Positions 12,643-25,817 of a DNA stretch of 64,000 bases are shown here, piece by piece. Position 1 is the stretch's first letter. Every line of letters starts with the position of its first letter. Origin of the DNA: Octopus sinensis (Eukaryota); NCBI RefSeq assembly GCF_006345805.1, contig NC_043005.1, forward strand, positions 15,252,001-15,316,000, in the 5' to 3' direction. Position numbers and translations under genes: made by a program. The notes beneath the pieces were generated by a model. That model saw nothing but the letters and a program-made list of their open reading frames with translations. It ran no database searches and was not told the origin of the DNA.

Positions 12643-13188
12643 GAATGAGAGAGTAGCACATGCCATCAAAATGACACTGGGGTATAAATATACAAACCCT
12701 GATATACTCGTCATGATTACCTGTCTGATTAGGGTACATGCATTACAACCATATGTGCACGACATGGTGATCTCATATCTAGATAAACCACGCATGACCT
12801 TGTGGGTGAGGCCCAGTTAGAATTTTCTTCAGGTTGAGTAGCCCATCCCGCTCAAAAGATCCCTGAACAAGGGTTGCTTAAGGATGTTGAACAAAGCACC
12901 CAAGTTACCCGAGGTGAATTATTCAAACTCCAAAGAATCTCTCTCAACACATGCCTGTGATGCTCCCCAACTATTTCTACTCATGATCAGTGATGCACAT
13001 ATTGTCACCCACTAAGGGACATGCTCGACTGGTTAAGGTCAAACAACTGACAAGCAAATCTGTGGTATTGAGCAGAATATTTGCTGTAGCCCATTTTTAC
13101 ACCAAAACAAAACAATGTACATGATAACACTTCCAATCAGTTAAGATCAGAAGCCATGAGAGCCACTGCCTGGTATTGCATCAGGGCA

Positions 13189-13190
<2 letters not shown>
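12643..13190. mobile_element. ~550-bp non-coding element embedded in a (TTA)n microsatellite
   Basis: Complex sequence bounded on both sides by long (TTA)n; no ORF or TIR seen. Confidence 0.5.
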
Positions 13191-13255
<65 letters not shown>

Positions 13256-13270
13256 GTTATTATTATCATT

Positions 13271-13490
13271 AAGGTGGCGAGCTGTCAGAATCGTTAGCAT
13301 GCTGGGTGAAATGCTTAGCGGTATTTCGTATGTTAATATGTTCTGAGTTCAAATTCCGCCGGTGATGACTTTGCCTTTCATCCTTTCGGGTTCGATAAAT
13401 TAAGTACCAGTGAAATACTAGGGTCGATATAATCGACTAGTCCCATCCTCCAAAATTTCAGGCCTTGTGCCTATAGTAAAAAGGATTATT
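13271..13490 (+). mobile_element. SINE family C
   Basis: AAGGTGGCGAGCTGTCAGAATCGTTAGC...GTTCTGAGTTCAAATTCC; follows a (TTA)n run. Confidence 0.82.
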
Positions 13491-13946
13491 ATTATCATTA
13501 TCATCATCATCATCATCATCATCATCATTATTATTACAATAATTATTATTATTATTGTCCAACCCATGCTAGCATGGAAAACGGATGTTAAATGATGATG
13601 ATGATGATGATGATTATTATTATTATCATTCGCTATATGGAAACAGACTCAGTATTCTGAATTATTAGAACATGTGCATAAATGTATGTATAGTATACAT
13701 ATATGTGTCTGTATATATATATATTTAATGTATATATATATATATGTATGTGTTCGTGTGTGTGTGTGCTGTATATAATTAGAAATTTGACGACTGAATG
13801 TCTTCTCAATTATTAACAAACTGCCCTTAGTTAAGGAAATATGTAATTATTCCATTTGAGATTCTTAACAGTAATCTCACCAAAATATGTTCTTTCTTGC
13901 TTTATTTATTATATTCAATTGTTTGTTTCTATTTATCCCTGTCTAG

Positions 13947-14094
13947 GTGGTTTTGTCATGTTGATGATGATACATATGTGAATGTACCAAAGCTGGTTAC
14001 TCTCCTTCAAAAATATAACCATACTCAAGACTGGTATCTTGGAAAACTTAGCCTTAAGCATCCGTTGCAAATTATGGACATAAACCGACCAGGA
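13947..14094 (+). CDS. fng: Fringe-family glycosyltransferase, first recognised coding exon (DxD motif)
   Basis: tctag|G TGG...GGA|gtaagt; encodes [49 protein letters not shown], matching the Fringe [12 protein letters not shown] motif. Confidence 0.95.
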
Positions 14095-14147
14095 GTAAGT
14101 TCACTAGTTTCCTTTCATACATATATGTTTAAAAGTATCGTGTTTAC

Positions 14148-14775
14148 TTACTCTCTTTCACTCTTACTCTTTTACTTGTTTCAGTCATTTGACTGTGGCC
14201 ATGCTGGAGCACCGCCTTTAGTCGAGCAATTCGACCCCAGGACTTATTCTTTGTAAGCCTAGGACTTATTCTATCGGTCTCTTTTGCCGAACCGCTAAGT
14301 CACGGGGACATAAACACACCAGCATCGGTTGTCAAGCAATGTTGGGGGGACAAACACACACACACACACACACACACATACATATATAATTGGTGGACCT
14401 GCGCAGTTGTCGAATGGTACTCGCGTGAGCGGAAACGACCACCCGGAAGACCTCCACGACGGTGGAGTTACGATTTCAGATGGTTGATTGGGATCACGTG
14501 GATGAGAAAGGCGCGATCCAGAGAGGAGTGGACAGCGTGCTGTGACCATCGGTGTCAAATGGATGCCTGATGGACTGGTCGGTCAAGGTGATCAAGGTGA
14601 TATATATATATATATATATGATGGGCTTCTTTCAGTTTCCGTCTACCAAATCCACTCACAAGGCTTTGGTCGGCCCGAGGCGATAGTAGAAGACACTTGC
14701 TCAAGGTGCCACGCAGTGGGACTGAACCCGGAACCATGTGGTTCATTAGCAAGCTACTTACCACACAGCCACTCC
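14148..14775 (-). mobile_element. SINE family A, interrupted by RTE fragment
   Basis: Reverse-complement halves flank 14391-14600. Confidence 0.85.
14391..14600 (+). mobile_element. RTE-clade LINE 3' end nested in a SINE
   Basis: WWTCAVVEWYSRERKRPPGRPPRRWSYDFRWLIGITWMRKARSREEW...* resembles the RTE C-terminal W..R.RGRP..RW motif; tail (TCAAGGTGA)2; GC-rich. Confidence 0.75.
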
Positions 14776-15640
14776 TACGCCTACTTGGGCATAAATTGCA
14801 CTGTATTATACTTGATTTTAACTGATAAATCTGGGGTGCAATCTATACATGGGGCAAAGCTAAGACTGTGAAGGAGAAAAAATTTGTGCTCTGACTTCAC
14901 ACTAAACTATACCAAACCAATGTACAGTGTTATATAGTCACTTAGTGATTCTTCTGCTGCTACTTTAGTATGAATGGAAAAATCTGCACTGAGCTGATGA
15001 GGGCGTAATAAAACCAAAACATGTCTAAATTTGTTTCTTATACTTACTGAAATAATTACAACAATATTTGACTCTGAATAATATTTATCCTTACTGTATA
15101 ATTATTTTAATGTTTGTTCCATTAAATATTGAAACGAACTTAAGTATTGTTATATGTAGATGGCATCCCATGGAAATTAAGCTCACATTTATTCTTAAAA
15201 TATGCTCATTTTTCATGCTTACCTGTGTACTTAGTTGCACATCTATTTACTGATTCTCTCATCACCACTTCAGCATGTATGCTGAAGCCTATGTTTCACT
15301 GATGAGGTCTAGTAAGGCTAAAACATGTCAAGTTGTCTCCCATACTTGTTGATATAAATGATATAGGTAAAATAATATTATACATTGATTAATGTAGTTT
15401 CTTCTTTATTTAATTCTAGTCTTTTTTTTTTAATGTTCCATGCAACATTTATTGTAATCTTCACTTAACTATCTGTCTATCTTTCCTCAGCATATATTTT
15501 AGTTAAATGTTTAATGTTCTATACAGTAGATATGTTAACAATAACTTAACTATCACTTTATATGTCAATATGTCTATTTTCCTTCACCATATGTGTATAT
15601 ATATATGTGTGTGTGTTTATATGTATATATATATATATAT

Positions 15641-15852
15641 ATAAGTATATAGTGATAGACAGCTAAGCTAGTGTTAACATATTTAATACAAGGAACATTA
15701 AAAATATAAGTATATATATATATATCATCATCATCATCATCACGGACGTTAAACGATGATGATGATGATATATATATATATACTTATATTTTTAATGTTC
15801 CTTGTATTAAATATGTTAACACTAGCTTAGCTGTCTATCACTATATACTTAT
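15641..15852. repeat. Perfect inverted repeat, 98-bp arms, 16-nt loop
   Basis: 15641-15738 is the exact reverse complement of 15755-15852 (checked by eye). Confidence 0.92.
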
Positions 15853-15926
15853 CTCTAATTAACTATGCACTAGATATGCTAGTGCTGAACTATTACTGTC
15901 TGTCAGTCAATCTATTTGCTCTCACC

Positions 15927-15971
<45 letters not shown>

Positions 15972-15975
<4 letters not shown>

Positions 15976-16309
15976 AGGCGCATGGCTCAGTAGTTAGAGT
16001 GTCGAGCTTACGATCGTGAGTTTGTGAATTCAAATCCCGGACCGGGCTGCATGTTGTGTTCTTGAGCAAGACACTTTATTTCACGTTGCTCCAGTTCACT
16101 CACCTGTAGAAATGAGTTGCAATGTCACAGGTGCCAAGTTGTATCACAGTCTTTGCCTTTCCCTTGGATAACATTGGTGGCATGGAGAGGGGAGGCTAGT
16201 ATGCATGGGCGACTGCTGGTCTTCCATAAACAACCTTGTCCGGACTTGTGCCTGGGAGGGTAACTTTCTAGCTGCAATCCCATGGTCAGTCATGACCAGA
16301 GGGGGTCTC
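15972..16309 (+). mobile_element. tRNA-derived SINE (family B-related, CORE-like centre)
   Basis: tRNA-like head, then GTGTTCTTGAGCAAGACACTTTATTTCACG. Confidence 0.7.
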
Positions 16310-16804
16310 AGCAGTATATATATATATATATTTGTAGTTAATTATTTAATACTCTCTACCCATTAAATACACTTAACCATTAAATACAGTACCCATTAAA
16401 TACACTTAATTATGTATATTGTGCTATGGATTTAAATTCTGCCCAGTTCAACTTCTCTCTTCAGTTGTTGTTGAAATCAATGAACTGAGAACATAACATA
16501 TACTGAGGCTCATTTAACCAGCTGTAGCTTCTCCCATTACATATGCAAGGAGTGCATAAATAAAAATGATCATTGCTAGTCAAAGTCACAATCTCTTCAA
16601 TCATCTGGCTGTTCTTAATCTCTGTCAAAGTCCTCAGTAATTTTTGTGACTCAGCTCATGGGAATGTCATATCTAGGGCATTTGATTTCTTTTCACTATG
16701 GTTAAGGTTAGAAAAGTAAAAAAAAAAAAAAAAGTGACATTCACTGTATACTTGAATAGTTGTTATTCACAATACGTTTAGGTATATATAATTATCATAT
16801 ATAA

Positions 16805-16870
<66 letters not shown>

Positions 16871-17014
16871 TGTTAGGGAACATTTTGCTAAGTCATAGGT
16901 TATATAAGAAAAATTTATTTATTTCTTGCATAATATCACAAGGGTATAGCTAATTATATCTACTTTGATATTTGACTGGTAATATATTTATTGACTCTTG
17001 TGGGATTTGAATAA

Positions 17015-17070
<56 letters not shown>

Positions 17071-18196
17071 ATTTCTGTTTTAAGCACCATTTTGCAAGGA
17101 GTGGGTTACATCAGTACCATCACCCCTAGTATTTGACTGGTGCTTTATTTTATGAATCCTTAAAGGGTTAAAAATCGAAGTTGGCCTTAGTGGAATTTGA
17201 AGTTAGAAAGTAAGGGCTTGACATTTTTTCCCAAGGCTCAAATGATTCTGCTAACCACTAGAACAATAACTGTGAACACATAAACATACATATACACACA
17301 ACAGGCTTCTTTCAACTTCCATCCACTAAATCTACTAGCAAGGCCTTGGTTGGCTCACTGATATATCAAAAGACACCCCACCAAAGTACCATATAGTGGG
17401 ATTTAACCAGAAACCACTTGTTTTGGAAGCAAACCTGTGAACTAAACAGATATCACTGCATCTAAATTAGAGATGCTTCTCCATTGTACAAATATTTCTG
17501 ATTACGTATTTAACACATTAAGTATATAGCACTAACTTAACTATTGTCTTTCATGCAGATGATGCCCTTGAGATATTCATGTCATTGTCATATTTCCTTA
17601 AATATGTTAATTATTCTGTTTTACTTAAGTCTTAAGTGCACCTACTTAGTGATCCTATCATATCTTATCATAAATACTTCATCAAATCTGGTAAAACATT
17701 TTTTTCACTGAGGAGGTCTGATAAAACTGATGTTACTTGAAGTTCTCTCATTTTTGCTATAATTATTAAAGTAATATTGCCATATTTTGTAGTGTATACG
17801 ATGCATTTTTTACCAAAATATTGTGACAAAATAAAAAAAAAGAAACCAACTTGGGTTTTATATCTTGGAGAACTCATCCCACCAAAAACCAACTGTGTGG
17901 AAATCTGCTTGTTTCCACCATTATAAGGGAAAGGCATATCTGCTCTTTGTAGGATATTGCTGGTGAGTTAAACAACTGCTGACAAGTGACCTACTGCTAT
18001 GGATGCCAAAACTGGTTTTTAAGGTGGATTGCCTTCACGGCTATGAGGAATCCATTTACCATATTTTAGGCACATTTCTAAACCATTACAGATGCCTGCA
18101 AATTGTTGAAGGACTTGAATTCAGCTTGTAAGCTAATTCTTCAGTTACAAATATTACTATTTCACCCAAGTTCTGACAAAAGCAGGTTGTCATTAA

Positions 18197-18416
18197 CCCT
18201 TTTGTTACTGTATTTATTTTGAGATGCTTTGTGCTTCTTTCAATTACTATAAATATAACAAAGAATTTCGTAAAATGACTTGGTTACCATTCAGCTAGTA
18301 TTAGGAACATAAATTGTGACTAAGGTTTGATGGAAGATTTTAATTCAAAACTTTTGAAAACAAGACATTTGTACTCAGAGCCAGAGCCGGTTTCAGCCGG
18401 GTTGGTAACGAAAGGG
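18197..18416. mobile_element. piggyBac-type MITE family 1 (TTAA TSD)
   Basis: TTAA-CCCTTTTGTTAC ... GTAACGAAAGGG-TTAA; 220 bp. Confidence 0.85.
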
Positions 18417-19443
18417 TTAACGAAAGGATAACCTGTTTGTGGAGTAACTTTTAAACCGAAACCACCCTAGACTTTTTAGACTATCTTCAAGTAATTTTTT
18501 GAGTTAAGTAATCCTTCCCATAAACACTATGAATATTTCAGATTGCTTCTGTTGCATTATTGTCTTTCATCAACTCATAGAGTATTATCTGCCTTAAATG
18601 CTTTGTGGACAGGTCTGTCTTTAGGAGGGTCAAAGCAGTAACTGAACTGACTAATACATACTGTCATGACATACACTACTTGACAAACGTACAAGGACGT
18701 GGTAATATGTATCCTTGCCATTTAAGTATTTTAAATTGACAAACACACCAATCCAACTTACAGATGTCAGATTTTGGACATTACTTATGGGATAAGCTGA
18801 TGTGTGTATGTGTATACATTCTTTCAACCTCCACCCCCTCACACACTCTTAGTTCCTCTGTCTTCACACATATTGTACCTTGAGGGTCCATCACCACTAT
18901 TTTTTATCTTTTCTACTTAATCATTCCCATCTTCTGAAACATGAGTAGTCTTGTAGTTTTCTTTACAGCAGGAAACCTGTTCTGCTTTGGTCCCTTCTGT
19001 TACACACTCATCTCTTTGCATAAAGCCTCCCCGTCATAGTTTTGTAGTCTTGCAAGTTGTATGACGACCTCACTAGTGCTTGTGACATGACTAAAGCACC
19101 CGGTACATGCTGTAAAGTGGTTGACATTAGGAAGGGCATCCAGCTGTGGAAACCATGCTAAGGCAGACACTGAAATACATTGCAGTTCTTGGACCCATAA
19201 AATCCTATCAAATTGTCCAACCCATGCCAGCATGGAACATGGACATTAAATGACGATGATGATGATGTTGACGATGATGGTGATGTACATTTTATGCAAA
19301 TGTCCCATAACTCATCTTTTTTCCTTCATCTTCTCTCGCTGCAACTATTACTGAACTCTGTCTCTAATGAGATGTCTAATGTCTGCACAACTTCCTTCTT
19401 TTGTTTGTCATTTTCATTCCTTTCTCTTATTTTTCTTTTGCAG

Positions 19444-19529
19444 AAGAAAATTGAATTTTGGTTTGCAACTGGTGGTGCTGGATTCTGCATCAGCCGAAGT
19501 CTTGCTTTGAAAATGATGCCCCATGCTGG
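19444..19529 (+). CDS. fng: Fringe coding exon
   Basis: ttgcag|AAG...GG|gtaagt; [28 protein letters not shown], the Fringe [13 protein letters not shown] motif; phase 0 in, phase 2 out. Confidence 0.95.
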
Positions 19530-22423
19530 GTAAGTCTGTTCTCTTTGTTGTAATTATAACTTATATTATGATGAGTATTCAGCCATCCTAGCTCCACTGT
19601 CACTGCTGTTGCCATCGTCATCATCATCATCATCATCACCACCACCACCACCACCACCACCATCACCGTCATCATCATCATTGTTGTCGTCATCATCATT
19701 GTTGTCATTATCATCACCATCATCATCATCACCTGCATCATTAACAACAAAAGCCACAGTAATAACATTGTCAGTATTACCACCTGCAGCAACAACGACA
19801 ATGACACCCCCCACCCCACCACCACCTCCACCACCACCACAACAACAAGCCAACAAAGAACCCGTATATAGTTGCTCAATGTTAAAAATAGCAGCCAAAT
19901 TCCCACAAGTTACATCATATCTTCTTTAAATAAAGAAAGGGCACATTTGATAATGTAGTCTTAGGTATACAAAAAGATTGAGGAGTCACAGCTGGAATAC
20001 CTTTGATGAATCAAGGTTAAACTGTTACAAAACAACATCATTGCCACACCATCACCACCACCAACAACAACAACAATAGCTAAAGGAAAGGCTTCATTAG
20101 ACACTGTATTTTTACATCCTTTGAAAAGATGGAATGGTCATAACTGGAATGCCTGATCAGAGTTCTACATCATCAGAAGAGAGAAACACAACACAATGAA
20201 TAAGTGAGATGCTGTAAAGTCACTCAACCAGCCAAGTCTCCCCTCAAATCACATTTGATTATTTCAAAATAAGAAGGATACAAAGTATAATATAGTCTTG
20301 AATTGGATGGTCAAGGTTGGAATATCTTAGACCATATAAGGGGGTACTGAAAAGTTCCTGGTTTTAAGAGTATTGTGAAAGGCCTGGCTGGAGGTCCAAC
20401 CTTCTGAGTTCTTTTACAGGGCTTAGAAAAACTGAAGGACTGTTGCAGTAAGTGTATGAATCTGAGAGAGGAATATGTTTAATAAAATCATAATTAACTG
20501 ATACTCCTTTATTTTCTTTTACTCAAAGCCAGGAAGTTTTCAGCACCCTCTTAGAGGTCTAATGTATAACTGCTAAATATTTACAAGAGAATCATTATCA
20601 GCAGCACTCAAACATTTCTAGTTCCTTATGTATAAGCATGACTTAAGGAAATGCTACTGTATTTGAAATGTGTGTCATAGGACTAAAACTTCAAAGCATT
20701 TATCAATGTTAGTTGCTATTTCTAGCAGGTCATGTGGTTGTGGAATTGATGGTGTTGTTTAACTGGTGAAGTTCTACAGGTTAATTTTAAGACTTCTGGT
20801 GTCTTCAGGCTGAATATTCTTTTTAAGATGAAGATGACCATCAATTACAGCCACAACAACAGCTGGACATATCAGTAATGTTGCTGTAGTGGGTGGGAAT
20901 CTGTATTGAACAGAATGGTAAAATCAGGTTATTTCCAAATGATGAATGCTGGCACAAAACTTCAATGATGCAATGTTGGTAGTAACACTTGTTTCTTTTT
21001 CTCTCTCTATCACTTTCTATTTGGTTCAATTCCTAATGATTCTGTCTTCCGCTGTCTTTGAAAAAATAAAAATACTAAATAAAGCAGGTTATGTTAATTA
21101 TAGCACTTGTATAATGTTAATTAGACATTTAACTTTGATCTACTTGCCAATTTATTCATTAATGATGCTTAATTGTCTGGTGATTATTCCACTTTGTATA
21201 CTACAAGTTTCTACCAACTGTTTTTTGCTTTTTGTTGGTGTTTTATTAAAATATTTTCTATTTCTGAGATATAACCATTTTAAGTGTATTTCTATCAATT
21301 TTTACTTTACTGTTGCTCTGGATATTTGTTCTTTATAAGTGGCTGAAAGGTAAAAGTACCATAGTTATTAGCTTTGGGAAAAATACATAGCTACTGTAGT
21401 TAGTGAGTTTGCTTCATAATCACGTGTTTTGGGTTCAATTCTACAACATGGCACCTTGAGCAAATGTGTTCTACATTAGTCTCAGGTCATTCCAAGCCTT
21501 ATGAATGAAAATGGATCAGCAGTAATTTATGTGTGAGTGTATATGTGTGTGTGTATGTGTGTTGATATACATTTGTTGACTCAGGGCAGTAGAAGCCTAC
21601 TAGAGGGATTATTCCCCTCTTGGGAGATAGACTTAATTTGTCCCTCTGTTTAATACCATCACCAGGCCTTGGATATTTGCTAGATATACTGTTTTAGAAG
21701 TTCCTATGTGATGCTGTGGTCCCTATTTACAGCCAGATGGACTGAGTAAGCCAGGTTTTAACCATCTTGGCCACAGACATAGCACACCACTGGTAGCATG
21801 ATGTCCAGTCAGCTGCACATGTATAATATACATACACCCGTGTGTGTGCATGTGTGTGTGTGAATTTCTGTCTAGCAAATCCATTGACAAAATTTTGGCC
21901 AGCCCAGGACTGTAGCAGAAGAAGCTTACCCTAGGTGCTGTGCAATTGGACTGAACTGAACCTGAATCCATGTGGTTGGGAAGCAAACTGCTTAACCACA
22001 CAGCCAGACTTGAACATTAAATGTATGTGTGTGTATGTGTATGTGTTTGCATATGGATATATATTTGCATGTGTTTAGTATATATATATATATATGTATA
22101 TAATCAAAATCTACATCTTTGTCTGTATATCTACCTTCTCTATAATGTTGCCACTTGATTTGAAAACTTTTGTATTAATGGAAAACCTCTACAATTGGCT
22201 GATGAGCACTCAGCATCTTAAATCTGTTGTAATACTTACAACATTTAATAAAATGATGTAGTGCGAAACAATTGTACCAAATTACCGGAGTCATTCTTGT
22301 TGCTTATTTTGATTATAATCACCCCACAAATTTTTATGGATAACACCATACAAAATTCTGGTGCATCTAAATTAAGTACCATATTCTTTCGAATCTAAAT
22401 TTTTGCTGAACTTATATATGTAT

Positions 22424-22727
22424 ATCACGTGATCACGTGACCAACCAGACCATCAAATGTTGCTACACATCGCTGGTCACAATGCGTTCGCATTGTTTTA
22501 GCCTTCGAATGACGCCACCCCGCTGGCTAAGCGAGCAGGCCAACAGAAGAAAGAGTGAGAAAGAGTGGTGAATGAGTACAGCAGGGATCACCACCCCCTG
22601 CCGGAGCCTCGTGGAGCTTTAGGTGTTTTCGCTCAATAAACACACACAACAGCCGGTCTGGGAATTGAAACCGTGATCCTCCGACCGCGAGTCCGCTGCC
22701 CTAACCACTGGGCCATTGCGCCTCCAC
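22424..22727 (-). mobile_element. SINE family B
   Basis: Reverse-complement head homologous to 4159. Confidence 0.78.
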
Positions 22728-23465
22728 ATATATGTATATATATATGTGTATTGCTCAAAGTAAGTTGGCTGGGGTAGCCAAGTTAACTCCACAGCTGCAG
22801 GCATATTGTTGACTGATAATGGACAGGCTGTCTTAAAAACAACTGTTTGAAGTATATGTCTAAATTGACAAGACCATGCAAGCATCAGTAAATGTTATGT
22901 AAACATTTAGAAAAGAGAAAGAAATTTGGGTAGGTTGTCAGGTAGGGTATCAGGTAGCTTGCTTGACAGAATGTGTGAACTAAACCAAAGTTTGATGTCT
23001 TTCCAATTTCATTTATTTGACAGGTTAGTTTAGTTCTTTCATTGGTTTATAAAAAAAATTTGTTTTTGTTTTTGTTTCTGTTTCTTTTTTTCATCCATTT
23101 AGTATCTCTTCTGGCTAAGATTTACCTGGTGCAGGTGTCTTTTAATTGATGCCCATACATTGTTTTGTGTAGTTTTTCTTTCTTTTATTTATTTTTGGTA
23201 TGTCTTTGAAGGCATTTAAATATTTATACACCACACACGCACACACACACGCATGCACACACACACACACATGCACTGTGTGTGCATGCATGTATGTATA
23301 TAGATGTGTGTGTGTGTGTATATATATATATATGTGTATGTATGTTGTGTGTTGTTTATGTGTGCAGGGTATATCATCAACATCAACATCATCATCTTCA
23401 CTTTACACCCAATTTCCATGGAATGAGTTGTCATGATTTGAGTAAAATCTCATTTGGGATTACCA

Positions 23466-23780
23466 GTGGCTCTGTGGTAAGTAGCTTGCTTACCAACCAC
23501 ATGGTTCCGGGTTCAGTCCCACTGCGTGGCATCTTGGGCAAGTGTCTTCTATATAGCCTCGGGCCGACCAGAGCCTTGTGAGTGGATTTGGTAGACGGAA
23601 ACTGAAAGAAGCCCATCGTATATATACATATGTGTGTGTGTGTGTGTTTGTGTGTCTGTATTTTTGCTCCCAACATCACTTGACAACCGATGCTGATGTG
23701 TGTACATCTCCGTAACTTAGCAGTTCGGCAAAAGAGACTGATAGAATAAGTTCTAGGCTTACAAAGAATAAGTAAAGAGA
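23466..23780 (+). mobile_element. SINE family A, 3'-truncated
   Basis: Head and centre match; ends after ACAAAGAATAAGT. Confidence 0.85.
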
Positions 23781-24065
23781 ATATGTATGGTGAACATTTT
23801 AGGTGCATGAGGTAAGCACCAGACACTGACCTAAGTTGATAGAAACTTTCTGTAAAACGATATTTTTCATGCTGTACCCTCTGTAAAGATAACAAAAATA
23901 ATCTTGATCTAACTCACTGGTCCTGTGGGACGGAGTGTGCAATCAAGCCTTTAAATGGAAGTGTGCGAAGTATGAGACCCTTTGCAGAATTGCAGGGAGA
24001 AGGGATGCAAGCTATTTCAAACTAATATGCTTCTTCTTCTCATTTACCTGGAACATATAATTGTT

Positions 24066-24073
24066 ATACATAC

Positions 24074-24145
<72 letters not shown>

Positions 24146-24264
24146 GTATATATATATGTATATATATATACGTATATATATATACATATATGTTATATAT
24201 ATATGTATATATATACAATATGTATATGTATATACATATATGTATATGTATATATATATGTATA

Positions 24265-24299
<35 letters not shown>

Positions 24300-24558
24300 G
24301 TATATATATACATATATGTATATGTATATATATATGTATATATATATACGTATATATATATACATATATGTATATATATATATGTATATATATATACATA
24401 TATGTATATGTATATACATATATGTATATGTATATATATATGTATATGTATATATATATGTATATATATATGTATATATATATGTATATGTATATATATA
24501 TGTATATGTATATATATATGTATATATATATATATATATATATGTATATACATATATG

Positions 24559-24589
<31 letters not shown>

Positions 24590-24704
24590 GTATATGTATA
24601 TACATATATGTATATGTATATATATATGTATATGTATATATATATGTATATATATATATATGTATATATATATGTATATATATATGTATATGTATATATA
24701 TATG

Positions 24705-24783
<79 letters not shown>

Positions 24784-24798
24784 GTGTATGTGTATATA
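24066..24798. repeat. Compound (TA)n/(TATATG)n microsatellite block
   Basis: About 730 bp; source of the IYIY ORFs. Confidence 0.97.
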
Positions 24799-24898
24799 AA
24801 TTAGAGATAAAACCACTATTATGCAACTCAAACAGTGATAGACATAAACCAAAACATGAATAACAAATAAAATATATTTTTATAAAACATATAACTAG

Positions 24899-25154
24899 AT
24901 CTTCACGCTGAGAGTTGCTGAAGCATGGAACAAACTGCCAGCATCAGTTGTTAGTTGTCGGGGCACTGCATCCTTCAAAACTTCCATGCTTTCTGAGATT
25001 CGCCAACACTACACCTGATTTTCTCCCCTCTATACACACACAAGCATTGTGTCTGACTCATACATTGTTCGATTTCTGGACATTTGTACTTTACTGCATA
25101 TACTTTATACGCACTTTCTGACAAGTTGTGGTGCACCTGAGCACTGTATACAAT
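24899..25154 (+). mobile_element. Short 3' fragment of the same CR1 family
   Basis: Near-identical to 49273-49500 (TTCACGCTGAGAGTTGCTGAAGCATGGAACAAACTGCC...CTGAGCACTGTATACAATAATTTCATTAT). Confidence 0.88.
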
Positions 25155-25264
25155 AATTTCATTATCTCAAAAAGTATAAAAAGGAATATATATATAAATT
25201 GATAGAAATGGTAAGACAACAAAAGAATGAAAGAGACCTTGATATTATGTAAATGGAGGAATTT

Positions 25265-25689
25265 ATCTGTAAATATAATATGTGACAATTATTCGGTAGC
25301 CATTATAAAACTCTGAGTTTCGGAGTTTGGAAAATCGCCAGAAATTGGTTGAGGACTCTGCCCCACAGAAGAATTCAATATAGACGCCTACTACATTGAT
25401 TATTCTAAAAACATTACAGACCTTATTAAGCGCATGAGATGGAAAGTTTTCTTTTACAACATGGAAAAGGACACTATAGAGAATATATTCTATGGCATTA
25501 AATCTAAGAAATTCCCTCCAAAAATCAAAGGCTTAGAAGACTTCGAAGCGGACCTACTTAGGTCATTTTCATAGCATTTTTACGATGGCCGGATAACTGA
25601 AGAAATGGCGACGTGGGTTTCCACCCCGACATCTGAAACTTGGAGTTTTATCATGGCTACCAAATAATTGTCACATATTATATTTACAG

Positions 25690-25691
<2 letters not shown>
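25265..25691 (+). mobile_element. Penelope-like element fragment with inverted termini and hammerhead
   Basis: About 55-bp inverted repeats; internal reading IDYSKNI/DLIKRMRWKVFFY...YGIKSKKFPPKIKGLEDFEADLL resembles the PLE N-terminal YSxKNIP...IKRMRWK...FE.DL region. Confidence 0.7.
25592..25652 (+). ncRNA. Type-I hammerhead motif in Penelope-like fragment
   Basis: GATAA CTGAAGA [bulged stem II] GAAAC TTGGA GTT TTATC; stem I GATAA/TTATC. Confidence 0.6.
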
Positions 25692-25735
<44 letters not shown>

Positions 25736-25766
25736 CAAATATATATATATATATATATATAGAAAT

Positions 25767-25817
<51 letters not shown>

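Noticed and set aside
19490-19929. Poly-Gly/Asp/Pro/Ser ORFs after the fringe exon
   Set aside because: Trinucleotide (CAT/CAC/CAA) microsatellites within the intron, after a clear GTAAGT donor
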